DNA of 64,000 nt from Phycisphaerae bacterium (GCA_039683615.1 JBDKRA010000042.1:4295-68294); one strand, 5' to 3'; positions 54,384 to 63,665 are shown, counted from the first letter of the stretch. The notes: generated from the letters alone by a model not told the origin. Numbers and translations are program-made.

Positions 54384-54458
54384 AGCGACCAAGTGAAACC
54401 GGCGTCAGGCAACGGGTGTCCCTGGGGAGGCGTCCTGATGGTTAAAGGTTCGGGGATC

Positions 54459-54536
54459 GCGTGGGCGAGACGCCCATGCCACGGACGGGGAGCATGGCCA
54501 AGACGGCCGTGCCACTCACGGGCGGGACGCCCGTGC
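54459..54536. repeat. GC-rich hairpin repeats, three tandem copies
   Basis: gcgtgggcgagacgcccatgc (54459-54479), gcatggccaagacggccgtgc (54492-54512) and tcacgggcgggacgcccgtgc (54516-54536). The third copy contains the GT2 stop codon. Confidence 0.85.
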
Positions 54537-55463
54537 TACGGGCGGCCGCTTGGTCGTGCTGGTCCAGACGCCGCCGGCGTAGGCGAGGCGGCCCAGGAAG
54601 ATTTGCGGAAGGCATAGCAGGACCGTCAGCGGCTTGGCGCGCAGCCACGCGGCGGCGATCAGGGCGGTATAGCCCAGCACGATCAGCGGCAGCGCAGCGG
54701 CCAGCTTCAGGCGGCTGCGGGGAAAGAGAAAGCTGTACCTCAGCGAGGGCAGGCGTCCGCGAACGTAGGGGGCGTGCTCGCCCCAGCGGCGCATGTGCCG
54801 CAGGTGGCCGGCCGCGGTGGGGCGGTCGTGATGACAGAGGACGGCGGCGGGCACAAACGCCAGCGACAGGCCCTGGCGGCGCAGGTCGTGGCAGAAGAGC
54901 ACGTCCTCGCCGGAATGCGCCAGGCCGTCGGCCCAGGAGACCTGATGTTGCTGCACGAGGTCTTTTTTGACGCAGAAGTTTAGGCTGGGCAGATACTCCG
55001 GCGGCGCGGAGTATCGCGACCGCGGGTGGCAGTTGAACCAACTGCTGAGATGGTCGACCATCTGCCAGCTCATGATGCCATACGGCCCGGCCGGCAGCAC
55101 GCTGCCGCCGGTGGCGGCGACTTGCGGATGCCCCCGATGATACTGCACGTGCTGCTCGAGCAGATCGGGCGCGGCGTACGCGTCGGCATCGAGATACAGC
55201 ACCAGTTCGCCGCCGGCCAGCGCCATGCCGGCCTCGCGGGCCGCGCCGCTGCCGCGATGGTCTTGGCGGTGAATCGCAACGCCGCCGTAGCGCCGGGCGA
55301 CCTGGCACGAGTCGTCGTCCGAGCCGTCGTCGACCAGGATAATCTCATACCGATCACGCCCGAGCGTCTGATTCTCAAGGCTCTCCAGCAGGGCCGGCAA
55401 GGTCGCGGCGGAGTTGAAGCAGGGGATCACCACCGAGATGCTCACGCGCGGCGCATCAGTCAT
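54516..55463 (-). CDS. glycosyltransferase family 2
   Basis: VSISVVIPCFNSAATLPALLESL...EIILVDDGSDD...YLDADA (DxD). The start overlaps the radical SAM gene stop by 8 nt. Confidence 0.85.
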   Translation of the reverse strand: MTDAPRVSISVVIPCFNSAATLPALLESLENQTLGRDRYEIILVDDGSDDDSCQVARRYGGVAIHRQDHRGSGAAREAGMALAGGELVLYLDADAYAAPDLLEQHVQYHRGHPQVAATGGSVLPAGPYGIMSWQMVDHLSSWFNCHPRSRYSAPPEYLPSLNFCVKKDLVQQHQVSWADGLAHSGEDVLFCHDLRRQGLSLAFVPAAVLCHHDRPTAAGHLRHMRRWGEHAPYVRGRLPSLRYSFLFPRSRLKLAAALPLIVLGYTALIAAAWLRAKPLTVLLCLPQIFLGRLAYAGGVWTSTTKRPPVARASRP

Positions 55464-56505
55464 GGCGGCGCTCCTCGGCCACGCCGTGCGGGCGGCACTG
55501 ATGCATCAGCGGCCCAAAGCTCCGCAATCGCATCAGAATGTTGTCGAGCATGGCGCAGTTGTGCGTGCAGAAGCACCCGCCGCGGCGGATCATGCTCACC
55601 TGGCGGCGGAACGGCTCACCGGCGAGAATCTCCGCCCACGATTGCGTGGCGATGGAGCCGACGCCGGGAAGCATCTCGCAACTGCTGACGCTGCCGTCGC
55701 CGAGGACGGCCAGGTGCGCCCGCCCGGCCAGGCAGGGGATCACCTGCCGCTGCTGCTGGAGCGTCTCGACGCTCAGTTTCCAGAGATAGCGATGATAGTT
55801 GCGCAGGACGCGGGCGGTCAGCCATCCCTGGCCATAGTCGTACGTGTCCAGGATTTCAAAGATGCCGCCGGCCAACTCGCTCACCTGCTCCAGGTCCGGC
55901 AGGGCGAAGATGGGATCGTTGGCGTGGCCGCGATGGAAGCAGACGGAGTGGAAGTCCGGGTTGCGGCGGCGCACTTCGTGCATCAGCGGGATGATTTCCC
56001 CGGCGTTGCGGCGCATCAGCACCGTGTTGATGCGGAGGCTGACGTTCAGCCCGCGCAGGGCGTCGAACGTCTTCCATGCCTGCTGCCAGGCGCCGCTGCG
56101 GCCTCGGATTTCATCGTGCGTCGCCTCCAGGCCGTCGATGCTGACGGATATCGTCAACTGGGCCCTGGTGCGGCGGCGGATCTCCCGCACCGACTCGACG
56201 ATGGCGTCGGTGGCCAGGCCGTTGGTGGGAATGTGCAGCACGCGGCAGCGGAAGGGCTCGACGATCTCGGGCAGGTCGTCTCTGAGGAACGGTTCGCCGC
56301 CGCCGATGTCGAGCCAGAAGAACCGCCCGACCTCCTCTGCCAGGCGGCGGTAGCGCTCCAGCGGCAGATCGGCCCGCGGGGCGAAGTCCACAAAGCAATG
56401 CGCGCAGCGCAGGTTGCACCGCCCGGTGACATGAAGAACCAGATGCTCCATGCGGTGGAGCAGGCGGTAACGGGCCCAGTGGCCGAGATACGCCAGTGCG
56501 GACAT
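55456..56505 (-). CDS. radical SAM protein with C-terminal Cys-rich SPASM/twitch-like region
   Basis: CxxxCxxC at HVTGRCNLRCAHCF. GGGEPFL. C-terminal ...CLAGRAHLAVLGDGSVSSC...GGCFCTHNC... Confidence 0.85.
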   Translation of the reverse strand: MSALAYLGHWARYRLLHRMEHLVLHVTGRCNLRCAHCFVDFAPRADLPLERYRRLAEEVGRFFWLDIGGGEPFLRDDLPEIVEPFRCRVLHIPTNGLATDAIVESVREIRRRTRAQLTISVSIDGLEATHDEIRGRSGAWQQAWKTFDALRGLNVSLRINTVLMRRNAGEIIPLMHEVRRRNPDFHSVCFHRGHANDPIFALPDLEQVSELAGGIFEILDTYDYGQGWLTARVLRNYHRYLWKLSVETLQQQRQVIPCLAGRAHLAVLGDGSVSSCEMLPGVGSIATQSWAEILAGEPFRRQVSMIRRGGCFCTHNCAMLDNILMRLRSFGPLMHQCRPHGVAEERRHD

Positions 56506-56581
56506 TGAATCGATCCTATCATGTTCGGCTGAGCCATATCAGGTTTTTCCACAGAGAGGTCTTGCGCAGCGACGGAGTTGC

Positions 56582-56611
56582 TTGACCGATGGTTGCGGGG
56601 GCGGTTAGAAT
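56582..56611 (+). promoter_or_regulatory. candidate sigma70-type promoter of the pilus/secretion ATPase cluster
   Basis: TTGACC (56582-56587), an 18-nt spacer, then TAGAAT (56606-56611). It would give a ~145-nt leader before ATG 56761. Confidence 0.3.
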
Positions 56612-56760
56612 ACCATTGCGGAGGCGGGCGATGCGAGGTCGCGGCTAGCAGCCTCATTTCCCGCTGACGCGGTGTAACATTCCCCGGCGGCAGGCCTGCC
56701 CAGGAGCATCGTAGCGAACACGGCATCACAACGACCCACCAGCCAGCAGCGAAAACCTCT

Positions 56761-58470
56761 ATGGCACGACGACATCGAAAACGGCTCGGCGAGATACTGA
56801 CCGAATGGGGCGTCGTCACCGGCGCGGGGATCAACGACGCTCTCGAGCACGCCAAAAACGAAGGCCTGCGCACAGGCGAGGCCCTGATCGCGATGGGGCT
56901 GGCCGACGAGGAAGACGTCACCAAGGCCTTGGCCAGCCAGTACGACATGGAGTACATCGACCTGGACAAGAACGTCGTCGTGCCCACCGAGATGCACCTG
57001 ATCCCCGAAGAGCTCATCCGCAAGCACCAGGTGCTGCCGCTGGCGATGGAAGACGGAAAACTCAAGGTCATCATCACCGACCCGCTCGACCTGGAAACGC
57101 TCGATATGCTGCGTTTCCGACTCAACTGCGACCTCGACCCCTGCCTGGCCAGCAAGACCCGCACGCGAAACTTTATCGACCAGTACGTCCGCACCGACCT
57201 GTCCATCGACAAGGCCGTCGCCGACCTGGGGCTCACCGAAGAGCAGTCGGCCGTGGCCAACCAGACCGACGAGGTCTACGACCAGAACTCCGCCCCGATC
57301 ATCCGCCTGGTGACGATGATCATCACCGAGGCGGTCAAGAACCGCTCCAGCGACATTCACATCGAGCCCATGGCCAACCGCGTCCGCGTGCGCTACCGCC
57401 TCGACGGCGTCTGCATCGAACGCGACAACATTCCCAAGCGCATGCAGGGCTCGGTGATCAACCGCTTCAAGATCATGGCCGGGATCGACCTGGCCGAACG
57501 CCGCCTGCCCCAGGACGGACGCATCAAGATGCTCGTGAGCGGCTCGAACATCGACTTTCGCGTCTCGGTGCTTCCGGCATACCACGGCGAGAGCGTGGTG
57601 CTGCGTATTCTGCGCCCCGAAAGCGTCCGCATGGGCGTTCCGGCGCTGGGCTTTGAAGAAGACGACAACAACCGTTTCCGCCGGATCATCAAGCGGCCCA
57701 ACGGCGTGTTCCTGGTCACAGGGCCTACCGGTAGCGGCAAAACCACTACTCTTTATGCGGCAGTCAACGAATTGAACCGCCCCGACCGCAAGATCATCAC
57801 CGCAGAGGATCCGGTCGAGTACAACTTCAGCGGCGTCAACCAGGTCCAGGTTAATGATCAGATCGGGTTGACTTTCGCGCGTATTTTGCGAGCCATGTTG
57901 CGTCAGGCACCGAACATTATTCTCGTCGGCGAAATCCGCGATTTGGAGGTTGCCAACGTCGCAATTCAGGCCGCACTTACTGGACACTTGGTATTCAGCA
58001 CACTTCACACCAACGACGCACCCTCGGCAATCACCCGTTTGACCGAGATGGGAGTCAAACCTTTTCTGGTCGCCAGCAGTATTCAGGCGATCATGGCCCA
58101 GCGTCTGGTGCGCGTGATCTGCAAGGAATGCAAAGAGGAATATCCAAATCCTGATCCTCGGATCATGCGGCTGCTGGGGTTCTCCAACGAAGAGATGAAG
58201 AACAAAACCTTTTACAGGGGAAGGGGTTGCAACGCGTGTGGCGGTACGGGATATCGTGGTCGCCAGGGCATTTTTGAGCTGATGGAGATGAATAACGCCT
58301 TGCGCGAACTGGCGTTCAACAGCGCCCCGCTGAAGGATTTGCGCACTGCCGCGCGTGCTACCGGAATGCGCAGTCTCCTGGAGGACGGCAAGCTGAAGAT
58401 CTCCAGCGGAATCACCACGCCCGAAGAACTTGTGCGAATTGCACAAATTGAAGAACTCGTCCCGGAATAG
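56761..58470 (+). CDS. GspE/PilB-family secretion/pilus assembly ATPase, paralogue 1
   Basis: N-terminal GspE-N/MshEN-type domain (LGEILTEWGVV...ALASQYDMEYIDL). Walker A GPTGSGKTTT. Tetracysteine CKEC...CNACGGTGYRGRQGIFE. Confidence 0.92.
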   Translation: MARRHRKRLGEILTEWGVVTGAGINDALEHAKNEGLRTGEALIAMGLADEEDVTKALASQYDMEYIDLDKNVVVPTEMHLIPEELIRKHQVLPLAMEDGKLKVIITDPLDLETLDMLRFRLNCDLDPCLASKTRTRNFIDQYVRTDLSIDKAVADLGLTEEQSAVANQTDEVYDQNSAPIIRLVTMIITEAVKNRSSDIHIEPMANRVRVRYRLDGVCIERDNIPKRMQGSVINRFKIMAGIDLAERRLPQDGRIKMLVSGSNIDFRVSVLPAYHGESVVLRILRPESVRMGVPALGFEEDDNNRFRRIIKRPNGVFLVTGPTGSGKTTTLYAAVNELNRPDRKIITAEDPVEYNFSGVNQVQVNDQIGLTFARILRAMLRQAPNIILVGEIRDLEVANVAIQAALTGHLVFSTLHTNDAPSAITRLTEMGVKPFLVASSIQAIMAQRLVRVICKECKEEYPNPDPRIMRLLGFSNEEMKNKTFYRGRGCNACGGTGYRGRQGIFELMEMNNALRELAFNSAPLKDLRTAARATGMRSLLEDGKLKISSGITTPEELVRIAQIEELVPE

Positions 58471-58607
58471 CTCCCGGCGAGGTTATTGGCTTAAGTTCAT
58501 GCCTTGAAAAGGATTATTACGCTAAGAGGAGGGCAGAGGCGGTAATAAGCCTTTGCTTTAGCTTCTCCAAAGGCGAATAATCGAAGCAGGGAGGGGTGAG
58601 CACGCCC

Positions 58608-59744
58608 ATGGCAACCGTAAGCATAGACAGACTGTTGGAGACTTGCATCAAGCGAGGCGCCAGCGACTTGCACCTCCACGTCGGCAGGCCGCCGACGTTG
58701 CGCCTCCACGGCAGGCTGCGGGCGCTGGAGACCAAGGTGCTCGAGCCCGACGACACGGTCAAGCTCATGTCGCAGATCACCCCCGAGCGGGCCCAGCAGG
58801 AGCTTCAGGAAAAGGGCGGCACGGACTTCGGTTTCGATTTCGGCGAAGCGGGGCGTTTCCGCGTGTCGGTCTTCCACCAGAGGGGCAACGTCTCGATGTC
58901 GCTGCGTCTGATCCCGTCCAAGCTGTTCAGCTTTGAAGAGATCGGGCTGCCTTCCATCGTCAAGGTGCTCTGTCGGCGGCCGCGCGGGCTGTTCCTGGTC
59001 ACGGGTCCCACCGGCTCGGGCAAGACCACGACGCTGGCGACGATGGTCAACTACATTAACGAGCATTTCGACAAGCACATCATCACCATCGAAGACCCGA
59101 TCGAGTATTACCACCCGCACAAGAAGTCGATGGTCAACCAGCGCGAGGTCGGCCAGGACGTCCCGACGTTTTCCGAGGCCCTTCGCCGCGTGCTGCGCAT
59201 GGACCCGGACGTGATCCTGGTGGGCGAATTGCGCGACCTGGAGACGATCGAGTCGGCGCTGCGGGCGGCCGAGACCGGCCACCTGGTCTTCGGCACGCTG
59301 CACACCACCAGCGCCCAGGGCACGGTGACGCGCATCGTGGACCAGTTCCCCGTCGACCAGCAGGAGCAGATCCGCATCCAGCTCAGCGACGTGCTCATCG
59401 GCGTGCTGTGCCAGACGCTCATTCCGCGCAGCGACGTTCGGGGGCGCATTGCGGCCTTCGAGTTCATGGTCGTCAGCAAGGCCATCGCCAACCTGATGCG
59501 CGAGAACAAGACCTACCGCATTCCTTCGTCGATCCAGACCGGCGGCAAGCTGGGGATGCGGTTGATGGACGACCACATTTACGAACTGGTCTCGCAGAGC
59601 AAGATCACGCAGGAAGACGCGATGGATTTTTGCCAGAGCCCGGCGGACATGCAGGAGAAGCTCGACGCCTTGCGAGCGGGGCGGCCCCTGCCGCCGCCGC
59701 AGCAACAGCCCCCCGAGGCGCCCGGCGCCGCCAGCGGAGCGTAA
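58608..59744 (+). CDS. pilT: PilT-type retraction ATPase
   Basis: MATVSIDRLLETCIKRGASDLHLHVGRPP..., Walker A GPTGSGKTTT, ...GHLVFGTLHT... No GspE-N domain. Pro/Gln-rich tail. The listed ORF starts at GTG 58596, and ATG 58608 is preferred. Confidence 0.9.
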   Translation: MATVSIDRLLETCIKRGASDLHLHVGRPPTLRLHGRLRALETKVLEPDDTVKLMSQITPERAQQELQEKGGTDFGFDFGEAGRFRVSVFHQRGNVSMSLRLIPSKLFSFEEIGLPSIVKVLCRRPRGLFLVTGPTGSGKTTTLATMVNYINEHFDKHIITIEDPIEYYHPHKKSMVNQREVGQDVPTFSEALRRVLRMDPDVILVGELRDLETIESALRAAETGHLVFGTLHTTSAQGTVTRIVDQFPVDQQEQIRIQLSDVLIGVLCQTLIPRSDVRGRIAAFEFMVVSKAIANLMRENKTYRIPSSIQTGGKLGMRLMDDHIYELVSQSKITQEDAMDFCQSPADMQEKLDALRAGRPLPPPQQQPPEAPGAASGA

Positions 59745-59747
59745 GTC

Positions 59748-61514
59748 ATGGCCAAGCAGCCCGAACAACCCAAGTACGACGTCAGCCAGCTCCGCTCGCG
59801 CCCGATCGGGCGCGTGCTGGTCAAGATGGGCAAGGTCACCCGAGACCAGGTCCACGAGGCGCTGGACGTCCAGAAGCAAAAGGGCGGACCGCTGGGTCAG
59901 ATCCTGGTGGACCTGGCGTACATCACGGCCGGCGACCTGACGCTGGCGCTGGCGTTCCAGGCGGGCATGGAGTACGTCGACCTCAAGGACATCACCATCC
60001 CCGAGGAAGTGATCCGCCAGATCCCCGCCCAGATGGCCAACGCGTATAAGGTGGTGCCGCTGGAGCACGATCCGGCCTCGCGCAAGCTCGTGGTGGCGAT
60101 GGCCACCAGCGACAACTTCCGCGCCCAGGACGACCTTCGCACGCTGATGGGCTTCGACGTGGTGGCCAAGATCGCCGACATCGAGGGGCTCAACGCCGCC
60201 TTGATGAAGTATTACGAAGTGGCCCCGGAGTCTATCGGCGACCTGATCAACGAGATCGCCGGCGACGACCAGCTTGCCGTGCTGGAAGACCGCGGCGAAA
60301 GCATCGACCTGACGACGCTGAAAGAGATGGCCGAGTCCAGCCCGGTCAAGAACCTCGTCAACATGGTGCTGTTCGAGGCCATCCGCAACCGCGCCTCGGA
60401 CATCCACTTCGAGCCCTTCGAAGACGAGTTCAAGATGCGCTACCGCATCGACGGGGTGCTGTACGAAATGCTGCCCCCGCCCAAGAGCATCGCCATGGCC
60501 ATCGCCTCGCGCATCAAGGTCATGTCGAACCTCGACATCGCCGAGCGGCGCGTCCCCCAGGACGGGCGCATCGAGCTGGTCGTCCAGGGCGCGCCGGTGG
60601 ACCTGCGTGTGGCCGTGTTGCCCACCAGCGGCGGCGAGAGCGTCGTCATGCGCGTGCTGGACCGCAGCCAGGTTTCGCTGGACCTGGAGCGCGTGGGCAT
60701 GCGCGACGACGACCTGCGCATCTTCCGCCAGTTGATCGCCCGCCCCAACGGCATCGTGATCGTGACCGGGCCCACCGGCTCGGGCAAGACCACCACGCTG
60801 TACTCGGCCTTGAGCGAGCTCAACGAGCCGGGCGTGAAGATTCTCACCAGCGAAGACCCGGTGGAATACGACATTGACGGGCTGGTGCAGGTGCAGATCA
60901 ATCCCGACATCGGCCTGACGTTTGCCCGCTGCCTGCGCAGCTTCCTGCGTCAGGACCCGGACATCATCCTCATCGGCGAGGTGCGCGACCTGGAGACCTC
61001 GGAGATCGCCGTGCAGTCGTCGCTGACGGGGCACCTGGTCTTCACCACGCTGCACACCAACGACGCGCCCTCGTCGATCGCGCGTCTGCTGGACCTGGGG
61101 CTCGAGCCCTTCCTGGTCACCGCGACGCTCGAGGGCATCGTGGCCCAGCGCCTCGTGCGGCGAATCTGCCCGCGATGCAAGGAAGAGTTCGTCCCCACCG
61201 AAGAGATGCTCATGGAACTGGGGCTCAAGCCCGAGAGCGTCGCCGGGCGAACGCTCTATCGCGGCGTCGGCTGCGACAGTTGCCGCAACACCGGTTACAC
61301 CGGCCGCGTGGCGATCTTCGAGATCATGCTCCTGGACGACTCCATCCGCGATCTGATCCTGGCGCGCTCGAGCACCAACGTGCTTCGCGAGGCCGCCCGC
61401 AAGCGGGGCATGCGCACCCTGCGCGAGAGCGGACTGCTGGCGATTTATGACGGATTGACGACGATTGAAGAGGTGGTCGCGCAGACCATCAGCGAGGACC
61501 GGGACGTCGAATAA
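59748..61514 (+). CDS. GspE/PilB-family secretion/pilus assembly ATPase, paralogue 2
   Basis: GspE-N-type domain (IGRVLVKMGKVTRDQV...FQAGMEYVDL). Walker A GPTGSGKTTT. CPRC...CDSCRNTGYTGRVAIFE. The ATG lies 3 nt after the pilT stop. Confidence 0.92.
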   Translation: MAKQPEQPKYDVSQLRSRPIGRVLVKMGKVTRDQVHEALDVQKQKGGPLGQILVDLAYITAGDLTLALAFQAGMEYVDLKDITIPEEVIRQIPAQMANAYKVVPLEHDPASRKLVVAMATSDNFRAQDDLRTLMGFDVVAKIADIEGLNAALMKYYEVAPESIGDLINEIAGDDQLAVLEDRGESIDLTTLKEMAESSPVKNLVNMVLFEAIRNRASDIHFEPFEDEFKMRYRIDGVLYEMLPPPKSIAMAIASRIKVMSNLDIAERRVPQDGRIELVVQGAPVDLRVAVLPTSGGESVVMRVLDRSQVSLDLERVGMRDDDLRIFRQLIARPNGIVIVTGPTGSGKTTTLYSALSELNEPGVKILTSEDPVEYDIDGLVQVQINPDIGLTFARCLRSFLRQDPDIILIGEVRDLETSEIAVQSSLTGHLVFTTLHTNDAPSSIARLLDLGLEPFLVTATLEGIVAQRLVRRICPRCKEEFVPTEEMLMELGLKPESVAGRTLYRGVGCDSCRNTGYTGRVAIFEIMLLDDSIRDLILARSSTNVLREAARKRGMRTLRESGLLAIYDGLTTIEEVVAQTISEDRDVE

Positions 61515-61521
61515 CATCCCA

Positions 61522-61575
61522 GGTGGCACAGCCTTTCCAGGCTGTGAAGCCACAGGCCCGAAAGCCCGTGCCACC
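61522..61575. repeat. GC-rich hairpin repeat variant (nested structure)
   Basis: Outer stem GGTGGCAC (61522-61529) / GTGCCACC (61568-61575). Inner stem CACAGCC-tttcca-GGCTGTG (61527-61546). It lies between the ATPase stop and the platform-protein start. Confidence 0.7.
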
Positions 61576-61595
61576 ACAGAGACGAGGATACGACC

Positions 61596-62873
61596 ATGGC
61601 GACCTTCGTGTACGAGGCGATGAACAACGTCGGGCAGCCGGAGAAAGGCGAAATCGAGGCCCCCACCAGCGCCGAAGCGATCGGCAAGATCCGCGCCAAG
61701 GGCTTCTTCCCCACCACCATCAAGGAAAAGGCCGGCGCCGCCAAGAAGAAGGGCGCCACTGCCGGCGGCAAGGGCGAAACGAAGGGGCGCGGGCTCAACA
61801 TCACCATCGGAGGCGGCGGCAATCGCGTCGGACGCGTATCGAGCAAGCTGCTGACGCAGATGACCCGCCAGCTCTCGACGCTGATCGAGGCCGGTCTGCC
61901 CATCCTGCGGTCGCTGCGCATCCTGGAAGAGCAGCAGAAGCCCGGCTCGCTGCGCGTGGCGCTGCGGATGGTCGGCGACGACGTCGAAAGCGGCACGACC
62001 CTCTCCGAAGCCATGGCCCGACACCCCAAGGCCTTCACCGCCCTCTACACCAACATGATCCGCGCCGGCGAACTGGGCGGCGTGCTGGAAGTCGTCCTCA
62101 AACGATTGGCCGACTTCATGGAAAAGTCCGAGGCCTTGAAGAAGAAGGTCGTCAGCGCGATGATCTATCCGGCGGCCGTCATCACCTTCTCGGTCCTGAT
62201 CGTCACGATGATCATGATCGTGGTGGTGCCCAAGTTCCAGGACATCTTTACCAAGATGGGCAAGAATCTGCCGCTGATCACGGAGATCCTGATCACCGCC
62301 AGCAAGTTCGTCGTCAACGGCGGATGGGCGATCATCCTGCTCTCGCCGCTGGCGATCTGGGGCGCGTTGAAGCTGATCCGCTCGTCGGCCGGCGGAGCCT
62401 TGGCGCTGGACAGCGTCAAGCTGCGCATTCCGATCATGGGCACGATCGTCTCCAAGACCAGCGTGGCACGGTTCGCCCGCACGCTGGGGACGCTGCTGTC
62501 GGCCGGCGTTCCGATCCTCGAGGCCCTCAACATCACCCGCAGCACCTGCGGCAACATGGTCTTCGCCAACGCCTTGGGCAAGGTGCATGACGGCATCCGC
62601 GAGGGCGAGAGCTTCGCCGAGCCGCTGCGCCACACCAAGGTCGTCGAGCCCATGGTCGTCAACATGATCGACGTGGGCGAGGAGACCGGCGAACTGGACA
62701 ACATGCTCGAGCGCGTGGCCGACAACTACGACGAAGACGTCGACAACATCGTCAGCGGCATGGTCTCGCTGCTCGAGCCGATCATGGTTATCACCCTGGG
62801 CACGATCGTGGGCTTCATCGTCATCGCCCTGTTCATGCCCATGGTCGCCCTGCTGCAGAACATGGGCAAGTAG
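61596..62873 (+). CDS. GspF/PilC-family inner-membrane platform protein
   Basis: Duplicated T2SSF motifs ...LSTLIEAGLPILRSLRIL... and ...LGTLLSAGVPILEALNI... Hydrophobic segments. Gly/Lys-rich insertion near the N-terminus. Confidence 0.9.
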   Translation: MATFVYEAMNNVGQPEKGEIEAPTSAEAIGKIRAKGFFPTTIKEKAGAAKKKGATAGGKGETKGRGLNITIGGGGNRVGRVSSKLLTQMTRQLSTLIEAGLPILRSLRILEEQQKPGSLRVALRMVGDDVESGTTLSEAMARHPKAFTALYTNMIRAGELGGVLEVVLKRLADFMEKSEALKKKVVSAMIYPAAVITFSVLIVTMIMIVVVPKFQDIFTKMGKNLPLITEILITASKFVVNGGWAIILLSPLAIWGALKLIRSSAGGALALDSVKLRIPIMGTIVSKTSVARFARTLGTLLSAGVPILEALNITRSTCGNMVFANALGKVHDGIREGESFAEPLRHTKVVEPMVVNMIDVGEETGELDNMLERVADNYDEDVDNIVSGMVSLLEPIMVITLGTIVGFIVIALFMPMVALLQNMGK

Positions 62874-62891
62874 CCTCCGGAGGGCGATGCA

Positions 62892-63665
62892 ATGCTCACG
62901 GCACAAATAGACAGGTTCGCCCGCCCGCCCGCCCGCGGCGGCAGGGGCTTTACGCTCATCGAGCTGCTGGTGGTCATCACCATCATCGTGATCCTGGCGG
63001 CGATGATCACCCCGGCCGTCATGTGGGGCATCCGCTATTCGCGGAGCGTCAACAGCCAGACCCGCATCGACCGCCTGGCCAACGGCATCGTCGCCTACAA
63101 GAACGACAAGCTGTTCTATCCCGGACAGGACATCCTGGCCAAGATCGGCATCGCGGCCAATCCCACGCAGTACGCCGGCAGCCAGATCCTCGCCGCCGCC
63201 ATGCTCGGTTACGACTACAACACCATCACGACCGTCGCCAACGAGGCGGCGCTGTGGCCGGCGACCAACGGCGTGCCCAGCAAGAGCTACATCGCCTATT
63301 TCCGCCACGCCACCGACGCCAACTCGGTGGACAACACCCTCATCGCCAGCTACGGCACGGGCACCGCCGCCCGCAAGTTCGTGCTGGCCGACGGATACGG
63401 CACCGACCGCCTGCCGATCGCGTACTACGTCTGCGACCCCACGCAGGCCACGGCCCTGGGGCGCTTCCAGGTGACGCAGAACAAAATCATCACCGACCCG
63501 GCCAACAATCCGGCCTTCACGCAGGCGCAATTTGAAACCCTGATCACCAACCCTCAGACGCCGGCGCGCCCGTACAACGACGGCGAGTTCCTCCTCATGG
63601 CTCCGGGAATCGACCGGAAATGGTTCACCGACGATGATTGCAAGAACTGGACAATCAGCGAGTAG
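62892..63665 (+). CDS. prepilin-type N-terminal cleavage/methylation domain protein (pilin/pseudopilin)
   Basis: ...GGRGFTLIELLVVITIIVILAAM... is a class-III signal. Confidence 0.85.
   Translation: MLTAQIDRFARPPARGGRGFTLIELLVVITIIVILAAMITPAVMWGIRYSRSVNSQTRIDRLANGIVAYKNDKLFYPGQDILAKIGIAANPTQYAGSQILAAAMLGYDYNTITTVANEAALWPATNGVPSKSYIAYFRHATDANSVDNTLIASYGTGTAARKFVLADGYGTDRLPIAYYVCDPTQATALGRFQVTQNKIITDPANNPAFTQAQFETLITNPQTPARPYNDGEFLLMAPGIDRKWFTDDDCKNWTISE

Noticed and set aside
54461-54970. The listed plus-strand ORF beginning MGETPMPRTGSMAKTAVPLTGGTPVLR, considered as a real small protein.
   Set aside because: Its N-terminus is simply the translation of the three hairpin repeats, and the rest is antisense to the GT2 gene.
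55456-56505. The radical SAM/SPASM-like protein as the anaerobic sulfatase-maturating enzyme for the Cys-type sulfatase at 36022-37824.
   Set aside because: It lies 19 kb away on the other strand and is translationally coupled to a GT2. At 349 aa it is shorter than anSMEs as I recall them, and it has a less complete set of auxiliary-cluster cysteines. This cannot be excluded without an HMM or phylogenetic test.
56543-56553. A DnaA-box-like TTTTCCACA upstream of the pilus cluster.
   Set aside because: It is a single occurrence 29 kb from dnaA and part of the CCRCAGAG repeat family, with no cluster and no AT-rich unwinding element.
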